From: Planctomycetota bacterium
GTDB lineage: Bacteria; Planctomycetota; Phycisphaerae; WQYP01
NCBI GenBank assembly: GCA_021851715.1
Contig: JAJZCR010000003.1
Span: 6,667 to 70,666 of the forward strand
Direction of reading: 5' to 3'
DNA length: 64,000 nucleotides
The translations under genes and the position numbers were made by a program. A model generated the notes under the pieces. It searched no databases, was not told the DNA's origin, and saw nothing but the letters and a program-made list of their open reading frames with translations. This document shows, in pieces, positions 33,594 to 42,709 of this stretch (positions within the stretch are counted from its first letter, which is position 1; every line of letters starts with the position of its first letter).

Positions 33594-35021
33594 ATGATGC
33601 GATTGATCACTTTAACCACGGTCTGGTTGTCGATGATGGCCGGGGCAATCCTGGGCCTTGGCACCGCATCGGCGGCAGCGGCCGGTGCATTTTATCTTCG
33701 CCCCCATGATCGGGTGGTTTTCTACGGCGACAGCATCACCGAGCAGCGCTACTATCCCGTGGCGGTGCAAACCTTTGTACGCACCCGCTTTCCGGATCTG
33801 AAGGTTCGCTTTGTCGATTCCGGCGTGGGGGGGGACACCGTCCGCGGAGGATGGGCCGGCCCCATCGACCAGAGACTCAAACGCGATGTCCTGCCCTTTC
33901 ACCCCACCGTGGTAACCATCATGCTTGGCATGAACGACGGCGGCTATCGTCCCTTCAATGCCGTTGTCCTGCAGCGATACCTGCAGGGATACGTGCATAT
34001 CATTCAATGGCTGCGGGCGCATCTTCCGGGCGTGCGGTTGGTGTTGATCGAGCCATCGCCGTTTGACGACTATTCCGGGCCGGTCAGACGACGCGGGCTT
34101 GGCACCTACAACCAGATGCTGATTCGCATGGGCCGGGCGGTTGCCCAACTGGCCGCCAGGTACCATGCCCTTTGCGTTAATTTCAACGCACCGCTGGTGA
34201 AAGTTATCCAACAAGTCCGCCGGATCAACCCGGCATTGGCTCCGCGCATCATTCCGAAACGCGTGCATCCAGGTGCCACGGCCCAGATGGTCATGGCCCA
34301 GTTGCTGCTGCAGGCCTGGAATGCGCCGGCCCTGGTGTCTTCGGTGGAAATCCGCGCAGGCTCCGCCCCGACGGTCACCCGGGCCGTGAACACGCGCGTC
34401 GGCGATTTGACGTTTGCACGCGGTGCACTTTCCTGGACGCAAACCGACCGGGATTTGCCTTATCCCATGATGACCCTGCATGCCCGGCATGCACCCCAGT
34501 TTCCACCCGTTCTCTGGTGGAATCGAAAAACTCACAAGCCTGGAAACTGGCCCGGCCCCACGCAGAATCTCAGCTACACCAATCCGCTTGCGGCACTGGT
34601 GTTGCACCTCACACACGCGTATCAAGTGCTCGATCAGCAGCGGTTGCGGGTTTCGGGCCTGCCCGCCGGCAACTATGAATTGCAGATTAATGCTCAGTCT
34701 ATCGGCCGCTTCACCGCCGCAAAGCTTGCCGCCGGCATAAATCTCGCCCGCTACAACACCCCGATGATGGCCCGGGCCCGCCATGTCATGACGTTGGTAT
34801 GGCAGCAGACGCAGTATCGCTTTAGGGCATGGAGGCGTCATCAATTGCCCGCCCTGGGCTTTGGATACAAGGCCAAACGCGCCGCGCCCGCCGCGCTGGC
34901 CAGGGCGCTGGCGATCGCCAGGGTCATGTATCGCCAATGCCGGCGGATGGATGCCGCCCAATACGCCGCCGCTCAGCCACGCCCGGACCGTTATCGCCTG
35001 ACGCGGATAGCCACGCCATGA
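33594..35021 (+). CDS. Secreted SGNH/GDSL hydrolase (putative carbohydrate esterase)
   Basis: Signal peptide; blocks GDSIT, GVGGD, LGMNDG; block V reads PKRVHP. Start ATG 33594 or 33597. Confidence 0.88.
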   Translation: MMRLITLTTVWLSMMAGAILGLGTASAAAAGAFYLRPHDRVVFYGDSITEQRYYPVAVQTFVRTRFPDLKVRFVDSGVGGDTVRGGWAGPIDQRLKRDVLPFHPTVVTIMLGMNDGGYRPFNAVVLQRYLQGYVHIIQWLRAHLPGVRLVLIEPSPFDDYSGPVRRRGLGTYNQMLIRMGRAVAQLAARYHALCVNFNAPLVKVIQQVRRINPALAPRIIPKRVHPGATAQMVMAQLLLQAWNAPALVSSVEIRAGSAPTVTRAVNTRVGDLTFARGALSWTQTDRDLPYPMMTLHARHAPQFPPVLWWNRKTHKPGNWPGPTQNLSYTNPLAALVLHLTHAYQVLDQQRLRVSGLPAGNYELQINAQSIGRFTAAKLAAGINLARYNTPMMARARHVMTLVWQQTQYRFRAWRRHQLPALGFGYKAKRAAPAALARALAIARVMYRQCRRMDAAQYAAAQPRPDRYRLTRIATP

Positions 35022-35222
35022 ATTGAGCCATCCACCGGCACCCGCCTCGCACCGATCTCCAGACTTCCGCAGCCGTGGTACGCCTTTCCTCGACCGCCAG
35101 TTTCTGCCAGCCAATGTTGGGCATTGCCCACGTCGGGCTGATCGCCTAAAATACCGCCTGTCAAAAGACAGTCGCTGAATAATTTGGCGTGTACGGTGGC
35201 AGGCCTTCTAAGGAGAATAACT

Positions 35223-36215
35223 GTGGCGAAACAACAGCACTTCCATGTTCTGCGTATATCTCCGCGAGTACGGCCGCACCGATTGGCATGTGCCTTTTTC
35301 GCCTGTAGTGTTTTGGCTTTTGCCGGAGCACTTCAGGCCGCCGGTTCCCCCGCCTTGGATCAACTCCACACCTGGCTGGCTCAGCGGCATTACCACCGGG
35401 CGCTGCAAACGGCCACCACGTGGTTGAACCTCAATCACCGGGCCATGCGGCACAAGCATCTGACCCGCTACGAATTGCAATGCGTTCGGGCCAGGGCGAT
35501 GCTGCGGATTTCCGCATTTGCCGGGGCTATGGATGCTTTTCGTGCCGCGGCTGCTGTAGCGCCAACCATCCAGGACGCCCGCACCAGCCGGGCGATGGCG
35601 GACTTGATTGACCACAGTTTCGGCGGCGTGTACAAGCATCGCGTTCATCAAGGTGGCCGCCTGATCATCAAGAGCTTCAACATTGGGCCGAAAGCCTCGC
35701 GCCGGCAAGCCATGCAGGCGCTGGCCCGGGACCAGTGGAAAACACTTCATCCCAGAATAATCCGGGCGTTGCGTGCCGCCTCGCTGAACCCATCGCTTCG
35801 TCTCCTGCCGGCGCTTCGCCTGGCGGTGGATGTGCAATTCGCCGCGGATCTTGAGCCCAATGGATCCTCGGTTGCCAAAGGTGCTCAGCCGCCAGCCCTG
35901 GCCGCCGTGAACTCGGTGAGCGCTCACCTTCAGACGCGCATTGCCGCCGGACTCCAGACGCTGCAGTCCACCGTGTATAACATCCAGCGTCTGGCGGATG
36001 GCAAAGTGCGTAGCGGCCGCATGATGATCCGGCGGGGATTAAACGGGACCCAGCGTGATACGCTGCAGAATATTGTGGACATCTGCTCCCGGATACAGAG
36101 ATCCATCGCCAGGTTCACGCGGCTATTTCCGGATTTCCCCAAAGATGTGACAGCACTCAAAGAGTTGAATGACCGCGCCCGGCAGGTGCAGGTAGAGGCT
36201 GCGCATGTGCATTGA
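35223..36215 (+). CDS. Hypothetical secreted helical protein
   Basis: AAGGAG Shine-Dalgarno before GTG 35223; signal-like LACAFFACSVLAFAGALQA; TPR-like helical N-terminal region. Confidence 0.65.
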   Translation: MAKQQHFHVLRISPRVRPHRLACAFFACSVLAFAGALQAAGSPALDQLHTWLAQRHYHRALQTATTWLNLNHRAMRHKHLTRYELQCVRARAMLRISAFAGAMDAFRAAAAVAPTIQDARTSRAMADLIDHSFGGVYKHRVHQGGRLIIKSFNIGPKASRRQAMQALARDQWKTLHPRIIRALRAASLNPSLRLLPALRLAVDVQFAADLEPNGSSVAKGAQPPALAAVNSVSAHLQTRIAAGLQTLQSTVYNIQRLADGKVRSGRMMIRRGLNGTQRDTLQNIVDICSRIQRSIARFTRLFPDFPKDVTALKELNDRARQVQVEAAHVH

Positions 36216-36260
36216 ATTCCAGGCCGCACCGGTACAAGCCTTGCAGGACAGACAGCCGTG

Positions 36261-36621
36261 CCTAGTGTAATGGTATCCGCGACATCAGGCCTGCGGCCCC
36301 ATGAAAACCCGTAGCCGGTTGTTCCTCCGCCAACCTGTGCCGGTTGTCATTCCTCCATGTTTCAGCCCGGCCCGTTGTTGGGTCGCGAGCACCGCACCGC
36401 CCTCTGCCACTCCACCCTCACGACGAGCAACAAAGGCTCTTCGATGCACTGCATTTGCAACGCCATCTACCCCCTTCATCCCTGCAACCACCGTCTTGAA
36501 CACCCCCTTGGGGTCATACAACTTCCCGCCCCAGAAAATATCATCAAAACCCCTGTCAATACGCATCCGCATCTGTGTCATGCTTGCTTTTTTAAAGAAT
36601 AACTTGTAAACTCACGCTAGG
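36261..36621 (+). mobile_element. Internally deleted IS-like remnant (about 361 bp), family uncertain
   Basis: Imperfect terminal inverted repeats CCTAGTGTAA (36261) and reverse complement CCTAGCGTGA (36612-36621). Frameshifted fragment GREHRTALCHSTLT/DEQQRLFDALHLQRHLPP resembles the C-terminal tail of IS1634/IS4-type transposases. No target duplication seen. Confidence 0.45.
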
Positions 36622-36624
36622 CTG

Positions 36625-36741
36625 TACGTACACGCGAGGAACCTCACCAGTCGGTGCCGCCGCCAGAACCGGGGTTACGTGTCGAGGCGTCAGCGTCGGC
36701 TGCTTTTTGCAGCGCTGTGTCCTGTATTCCGCCTTCTCTGA
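36625..36741 (+). pseudogene. Decayed copy of the paralogue A N-terminal LEPR-XLL leader
   Basis: YVHARNLTSRCRRQNRGYVSRRQRRLLFAAL vs YIHARNLTERRARQGRRHVSRRQRRLLFEAL at 23523: 78/93 nt identical with no gaps. Start removed and stop at 36739. Confidence 0.85.
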
Positions 36742-36862
36742 TCCCCGTGGCGCCCTTTGCGATCTTCTCGTTTCCGCAGTACATCATTTCCCCACGTACG
36801 CCTAATTTGGCTTGGTTTCATTGGCTAAATAGCGGCAAGATTCACAAAAAAATATTTTAAAC

Positions 36863-36893
36863 TTTGCGCCAAACGAATCAGGATTTGCGCAAA
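36863..36893. promoter_or_regulatory. Second tandem operator TTTGCGCCAA-N11-TTTGCGCAAA
   Basis: Boxes at 36863-36872 and 36884-36893 with a 21-bp period. The upstream A/T tract is also conserved with 23282-23301. Confidence 0.65.
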
Positions 36894-37059
36894 ATGGGCT
36901 TTTTTAGCTTCCGCGATTGGTGTAACCTCAACTTCAGATGGCGCAGGTCGCGAGTTAAATCAGTTGTGCGGAAGGCGTTCTTCCGGCGTTCGCCGGAACC
37001 ATTCGCAATCTGGGCTCGCCGCTGTCGGAGATGGCTCCCATAGGGAGCAAGGAGTTTTT

Positions 37060-37992
37060 ATGTTGTCCAAGTCACGTTCCACAATTTTGCTGGCTGCGGC
37101 TGGCAAACTAAGGCGTGCGTCCGGTTTTACCCTGGTGGAGCTTTTGGTGGTAATTTCGATTATCGCCATTCTGATCGCCTTGCTGTTGCCGGCACTGGCG
37201 GCAGCGCGGCAGGCCGCCGATGTTACATTATGCGCCAGCAACGAGCGGCAAATTGTGCTGGGCATTCAATATTACGCGCAAGATTACCAAGACATGGTGC
37301 CGTTTAATGGTGCCGATGGCGGTGCGTGGTTTGACAGTCTGGGCGGTGCGCCGTTGATGCAGAATTATGCACCGATTCGCTACCACATGACTTCGTATTT
37401 ACCCGGTTTGGATACCGGTTATTATGGCTACAACCATCCCAGTTCCGCAGTGTGGCTGTGCCCACTTTTTCAGAATGCGTTCCAGGGCCAGAACATGACC
37501 AATTTTTATCATCCGGTGTCACAATACGTTGGCCAGGGGGCCAAGTACCTTCCATGCAATTATTCGCTCAACGCGAACTTGTATGCATACATGAATGGGA
37601 GCAATCAATATGTCAGCCCGCTGCCGTTGCCGTACGGATCTCCCAAAGGCGGTGGCCCGGCGGTCATCCTAAACCAGATTCCAGGTGATGAAATGTTGCT
37701 TTCGGACTGCAGTTTGTATTCCAATGTGGCGGGTTTTCAATACGACTATTCCCTCACCGAGGTCAATGCGAGTTATACCGTGGCCGGTTGGGGCGCCTTT
37801 TGCCCCTGGCAGGTGGCCACCCTGTTAATGGAAAGCCGCCAGGGCGAACCGTTTTCACAGACGGCCATGCCGGGGTCCATACCCGCTCATGGCGGGGTGA
37901 TCAACTCCGGATTTGCGGATGGACACGTGGAGTCCATCAATTCCATCCAAGCCTTTGCCACCGCATGTACCCCGGCCAACGCGCTACGATAA
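37060..37992 (+). CDS. Prepilin-type N-terminal cleavage/methylation protein (DUF1559-like) with C-terminal H-X9-DG motif
   Basis: [32 protein letters not shown]...CASNERQI; [21 protein letters not shown] Shine-Dalgarno before ATG 37060. Confidence 0.93.
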   Translation: MLSKSRSTILLAAAGKLRRASGFTLVELLVVISIIAILIALLLPALAAARQAADVTLCASNERQIVLGIQYYAQDYQDMVPFNGADGGAWFDSLGGAPLMQNYAPIRYHMTSYLPGLDTGYYGYNHPSSAVWLCPLFQNAFQGQNMTNFYHPVSQYVGQGAKYLPCNYSLNANLYAYMNGSNQYVSPLPLPYGSPKGGGPAVILNQIPGDEMLLSDCSLYSNVAGFQYDYSLTEVNASYTVAGWGAFCPWQVATLLMESRQGEPFSQTAMPGSIPAHGGVINSGFADGHVESINSIQAFATACTPANALR

Positions 37993-38225
37993 CCGGCCCG
38001 CGTGGCCGACCGGGCCCCTCCAACTGCGGTGATGGGGATCCAGCATGGCGGTGCGGGAATTGCGCTTGTGTTTGCCGCGGCGATGGGGGCATCGCTGGCT
38101 ACGGGGTGGACTTTGCGGCGGGATAGGTTGCACACAAACGCCTGGTCAGCGAACAAAACCAGATGCGTCATCAAATATTATGTTATTAGGGGCGGCCACT
38201 TTATAACTTTATTACTGGAGCTTTT

Positions 38226-41200
38226 ATGTTTCATGAGTCATACCGGAATCGCGGGCGCGATGTGCCATTATTCGTGATTGCCGTGGCTTTGATATTCCTG
38301 GTGGTGGCGGCAGGGTCCGTGGGGACGGCTGCGGCGGGGCCGTTAGTGGCCAGTGGAGGGGGCTTTCTGGGCGGGGGAATAAAAGGGCAATATTATGTGG
38401 ACCATGCCGGACGGCATTTCGCCGGAAAGCCAGTTTTTTCCCGGCGCGATGTGCGCATTGATTTTAACTGGGGGCCGCATTCCAGCTTTTACACCGTGGC
38501 GGGCAGCAATACGTACCGCTTGCCGGATCGGCATTTTTCAGTGAGCTGGCGGGGCCGTCTGATGACACGCTACAGCCAAACCTATCAGTTTTCTGTGACC
38601 AGCGCGGGTGGTGGAGCACGGGTGGAAATAAAGCCCGCAGGAACTAAAACCTGGACAATGCTGGCCGACGCCTGGACGGCCCACCATCTTCAGCGGAACC
38701 ACAAGAGCCTGCCTCTGATTGCCGGAAAGGTCTACGACTTTCGGGCGCAGTATTATCACCGCAGCGGCGCGGCCCGGATGCAGGTTCGGTGGGTGTGTCC
38801 GCTGACCCGGCGCAGGGCCATTGGTCCGGTGGAGCGCGTTGGTGTGAACGGTTCCACCCCTATTGATTGGGATCCCGGCCTGATGTTTGCAGATGTGATT
38901 AAAACCTGCCGCATTGGGCAACTGTCGCCTCATTTAAGTGCCCATGGCTGGCCCATCGGCAATGCGAGTTTTGTACTGTTTACTCTGCCCGCCAACGCCG
39001 CCGGCACGTACACGCTTACCTTCAAAGGGCGGGCGAAAGCGACTATCGCCTGGATAAAAAACCGTGTTATCTCCAGCCATTATGATGCCGTCGATAACAC
39101 CACCACCGAAATTATACGATGTGGTGCGGGCCACAAGGCCGAGTTGGTCCTTCAACATACGCGGCGGCTGCCCACCGACCATCACGCCACCGGCGTAACC
39201 GATATCCGGCTGATGCGTCCCATTGCGATTGGCGCGCATACCAGCTATCCGCCTACCACCACGTTTACCACGCCGTATAAGACCTTGCTGCGTAAATTCA
39301 CAGCCATCCGATTCATGGATTTTCTGGGCATGAACAGTCCCCAGGGATTCAACGGCGGCAACGCTCTGGTCCATTGGAGTCGGCGCCTCAGGCCCAGTTT
39401 TTCATCCCAAACCGGGGTGCATTATGCGTATCAAGGCGCTGGAGGCGCTTTGGAATACGCAGTGGAACTCTGCAATGAAACCGGCAAGGACATGTGGATG
39501 AATATTCCCATGCCGGCGGACAACGGCTACCTGCACAAACTGGCCCTGGCCCTGAAATATGGCTTTGATGCGCACGGTAATCCGTACACCAGCCGGCAGG
39601 TGGATCCCGCCTGGCCGCCGCTGAATTCCAATTTACGCGTTTACCTGGAATATTCCAATGAGGTGTGGAACGGCGGGTTTTATCAGCATAATCTGTGCTC
39701 CCAACTGGCTCTGCGGGCGGTGAAAGACCACTCCCGCAATGGCCTTATTCTCAGCTACGATCACACCACCAATCCGACGCTGCTGGGCCAGCGCTGGTGG
39801 ATACTGCGCACCAAAGAGATCAGCGATGCTTTTCGCCAGGTCTGGGGCAATGCCGCGATGATGCGGGTGGTGCGGCCGGTGTTTGAATTTCAGTACGGCA
39901 ATTACAACAACACCGCGGACCTGACGCTGCAATTCCTGGCCAATTATTTTAACAATGAGGATGGGCACCATGTGGCGCATCCGCATCCGTTGAATTACTA
40001 TCTGTACGCAGCCGGCGGCGGCTGGTACAACACCGTCAATAACAACAGCGGTCTGGGTGCGGTAAAAATCAGCAACCGCCATTTTCAGATGCCCGTCGTC
40101 GCGGCCAATACGGTCCAGACCGCCCCCGTTCATGCCAATTGGAGATTCTCCGGTGCCGCTGGCCTGGTGGGAGCCAATCCTTCCGCCACATCTGCCGCCG
40201 TTGCCACCCATCTGGGTTCGCTGCTCAAGTCGTCGCAGAAGGGTAATCAAGGCGTGGGGTATCGCTTTACCGTTGGCAATCACAACCTGGACCTGCAATC
40301 GATCGGCTATTACGTCGCCAAAGGCGATTGGGCGACCCACGTTATCTTTCTGCTCAATTCCCACCGGAAGCTTATGCTGCGCAGCGTGGGTATCGCCACG
40401 GCCCACCAGCCGGTGGGCCACTATGCCTATGCGAACGTCGGGCCGGTGGAGCTTAAGGCCCATCATCATTACTACCTGATTTCGCTGATTTGTTCCTGGA
40501 CCAGGCGCGATTCCTATTATGGCCCCAATACCACACTGCAAACCACTCCGGACATTCGCGTTGACTGTGCTGAATCCGCAGTGATGCCCAAAGCATATTG
40601 GCTCTCCAGGCAATGGGTGTTCCACCGCGGCCCGTCCGGCCATGTGGCTGGGCCGATCAATTTTACCTACGTATTGGCCCCGTCGGCCAAGGCCATGCCT
40701 CCGCGACCGCAGGCCGTATACGGTGCCCAGGCGGCTTATCTGCAATCCGGGGGCAGCCTGTCGCAAAAAATAGACATGCCTGCCGGTGTATGTGATGTGC
40801 AGGTTCTCGCATCCTCATCCACCGCAGCCAAGGATGATTTCCAGGTGCGTATCGGTCGCCACATTCTGCATGGTGGCTGGCCGCCGAACATCACGCCGGA
40901 GGCCGGAGCCTATCAATGGTACACGGTTGGCCCGGCGGACATTCGCGTGGCCGGCGTGCATAAGTTTGAGTTGATCAAAGGCTCGGGCCAGGGGACTATT
41001 TTCATCAATGCCGTGCGTGTGGTCACGACCGCTCCGATCATCGCTTCCGGGTTAAAAAACACCACCCCCGTCTGGAGGACGGAAGCGGACTGGGCGCGGG
41101 CTTATGGCCTGCGCACGGCGGGTTATGAAGGCGGTTTTGAAATCGGCGGTGACAGTCCCAATGGAGTAACAATGGCCGCCAACGTCGCTCCGCGTGTCAA

Positions 41201-42536
41201 GCGGTTTACCGCCGAGACGCTCCAGGATTACCTTTCCGCGGGCGGCAATGTGCCGATTGTGTTCTGTGTCAGCGGCGGCGCTTACTCCGTGGTGATGAGC
41301 TCTCCCCTGGGTATACCCAATATTTTCTGTCAGCATACGCCCAAGCTGGCCGGGTACAGGCAGGTGATGGCCCATCTGCCTCCGCCGGTGAGCAATGGAA
41401 TACTGATACCCACGGTGCTTACCCCGGCGAATGCAACCCTGGCTTATGACAATCCGCCGCATGAAACATGGACCTATACCGATCCCAGCGGTGTACTGAA
41501 ACGCATGGGCGGCTGGATGAGTTGGAACATTCTGGTGGCTGCGGGCGGCATGTATCACGTGGCCGCAACCGCCGCCACCACGGGCCGGTATGAACTGCTG
41601 GTGGATTCGGTGCCCATTGCGCAAGGTGGCGCGGGCGCATCGGCCGCTGGCTCGATTCGCCTGACGCCCGGTTTGCATGCGGTGAAAGTCCGCAACCTCG
41701 GCAACGTAGCCGTGACGGTGCGGCAGATCAGCGTCACCCAGGTGGGTGCGCCGGCGGCACCCCGCTTGCGCAGCGTAATTGTCAGCCCACACACGGCCCA
41801 GTTGCGTTGGTCGGCTGTTCCGGGAGCGTCGGGCTATATCATTGCCTGGGGAGCAGCGCCGGGAGCCATGACCCATTTTGTCGATGCCGGAGTAGCCGTT
41901 TCCAAAACGATCTCTTCTGGAATAAATCTCGCCAGGGTTCATTATTTTGGTGTTTTGGCTTATGGTCCGGCCCGGCAGCGCGGCATGACGTCCAATATCA
42001 TTCGGGCGGTGTGGTTTGCATCATCGCCGTTGCAGGATCTGAAATTTGGTTCGCTCCGGGTGGGTACCAGGTTCCGCCAGGTCCAGTTGCATGGTTTTAA
42101 TATCTTTGGATGGGGCGGCGGAGATTTTCTGCAGGTGCAGGGCAAAACTCAACCGCGGAAACAGCAGGTATGGCCGGGCGGCTGGCCGGAAACCATGCTC
42201 TTCTCGATGACCTGGGGGCATAATTTCGGCATTGTCCAAGCGGACGGCAAGCCATTGACGATGCATTCCATGGACGTTGCAGTCAACTATGGCCATGAAC
42301 AGGATAGCTGCATCGTGCGTGGTTACGACCCGGATGGCATTTGCGCCTTTCAGAAAGTGGTGGCTTTTGCCATACCGCAGAAGAGGCAGGCCGCCTGTGT
42401 GCATCTGTCCCTCCACTGGATCGATGTTTCGCGTGTGGATGTCATCTGGACCACGGGCCGGCACGGAACGGGTCGCGGTCGTTTCGGGGCCATCGGCAGG
42501 ATCGTGGTGGGCGGCGGCAGCGATGTGTTTCACTGA
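38226..42536 (+). CDS. Paralogue D: Sec signal + PA14 + GH-A-like barrel with large insert + beta-sandwich + FN3-like + extra C-terminal domain
   Basis: Signal peptide; PA14 (RIDFNWG, but DD replaced: TSAGGG); IRFMDF, EYSNEVWN and GYEGGF motifs; FN3-like LRWSAVPGASGYII...YFGVLAY. Confidence 0.85.
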   Translation: MFHESYRNRGRDVPLFVIAVALIFLVVAAGSVGTAAAGPLVASGGGFLGGGIKGQYYVDHAGRHFAGKPVFSRRDVRIDFNWGPHSSFYTVAGSNTYRLPDRHFSVSWRGRLMTRYSQTYQFSVTSAGGGARVEIKPAGTKTWTMLADAWTAHHLQRNHKSLPLIAGKVYDFRAQYYHRSGAARMQVRWVCPLTRRRAIGPVERVGVNGSTPIDWDPGLMFADVIKTCRIGQLSPHLSAHGWPIGNASFVLFTLPANAAGTYTLTFKGRAKATIAWIKNRVISSHYDAVDNTTTEIIRCGAGHKAELVLQHTRRLPTDHHATGVTDIRLMRPIAIGAHTSYPPTTTFTTPYKTLLRKFTAIRFMDFLGMNSPQGFNGGNALVHWSRRLRPSFSSQTGVHYAYQGAGGALEYAVELCNETGKDMWMNIPMPADNGYLHKLALALKYGFDAHGNPYTSRQVDPAWPPLNSNLRVYLEYSNEVWNGGFYQHNLCSQLALRAVKDHSRNGLILSYDHTTNPTLLGQRWWILRTKEISDAFRQVWGNAAMMRVVRPVFEFQYGNYNNTADLTLQFLANYFNNEDGHHVAHPHPLNYYLYAAGGGWYNTVNNNSGLGAVKISNRHFQMPVVAANTVQTAPVHANWRFSGAAGLVGANPSATSAAVATHLGSLLKSSQKGNQGVGYRFTVGNHNLDLQSIGYYVAKGDWATHVIFLLNSHRKLMLRSVGIATAHQPVGHYAYANVGPVELKAHHHYYLISLICSWTRRDSYYGPNTTLQTTPDIRVDCAESAVMPKAYWLSRQWVFHRGPSGHVAGPINFTYVLAPSAKAMPPRPQAVYGAQAAYLQSGGSLSQKIDMPAGVCDVQVLASSSTAAKDDFQVRIGRHILHGGWPPNITPEAGAYQWYTVGPADIRVAGVHKFELIKGSGQGTIFINAVRVVTTAPIIASGLKNTTPVWRTEADWARAYGLRTAGYEGGFEIGGDSPNGVTMAANVAPRVKRFTAETLQDYLSAGGNVPIVFCVSGGAYSVVMSSPLGIPNIFCQHTPKLAGYRQVMAHLPPPVSNGILIPTVLTPANATLAYDNPPHETWTYTDPSGVLKRMGGWMSWNILVAAGGMYHVAATAATTGRYELLVDSVPIAQGGAGASAAGSIRLTPGLHAVKVRNLGNVAVTVRQISVTQVGAPAAPRLRSVIVSPHTAQLRWSAVPGASGYIIAWGAAPGAMTHFVDAGVAVSKTISSGINLARVHYFGVLAYGPARQRGMTSNIIRAVWFASSPLQDLKFGSLRVGTRFRQVQLHGFNIFGWGGGDFLQVQGKTQPRKQQVWPGGWPETMLFSMTWGHNFGIVQADGKPLTMHSMDVAVNYGHEQDSCIVRGYDPDGICAFQKVVAFAIPQKRQAACVHLSLHWIDVSRVDVIWTTGRHGTGRGRFGAIGRIVVGGGSDVFH

Positions 42537-42709
42537 AAATGCCGCGCCGCCCGGAGTGCTCAGCCGGCGGTGGCACGTACCCGTCTGGTTTCCTGCAAGG
42601 AAAAACTTATCAATGTGACAACTCTTGATCAGCACTTGGCAAAACGGCCGCGCAGCGGCTAAAAATGCCTGCGCTGTAAAACATGAATGTTTTTTGCGAC
42701 GCTTTCCAT

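Noticed and set aside
26653-37992. Diversity-generating retroelement (TR/VR) explanation for the three pilin-tail copies
   Set aside because: Only about 4 of 10-11 mismatches per pair are at adenines, many are synonymous, and no reverse transcriptase or Avd gene is in the window.
38002-38140. PEP-CTERM-like anchor reading in the spacer after the pilin gene
   Set aside because: A hydrophobic stretch plus RR is present but there is no PEP motif, and the homologous spacer at 26856 does not keep it.
33612-40766. Long antisense ORFs (33612..35114, 39633..40766; also 19614..20684 and 20697..22025)
   Set aside because: Shadow frames of well-supported genes in GC-rich DNA, with no motifs.
23300-42536. 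Integron, shufflon or CRISPR interpretation of the array
   Set aside because: No integrase or invertase, no attC-like palindromes, all units co-oriented, and no short regularly spaced repeats.
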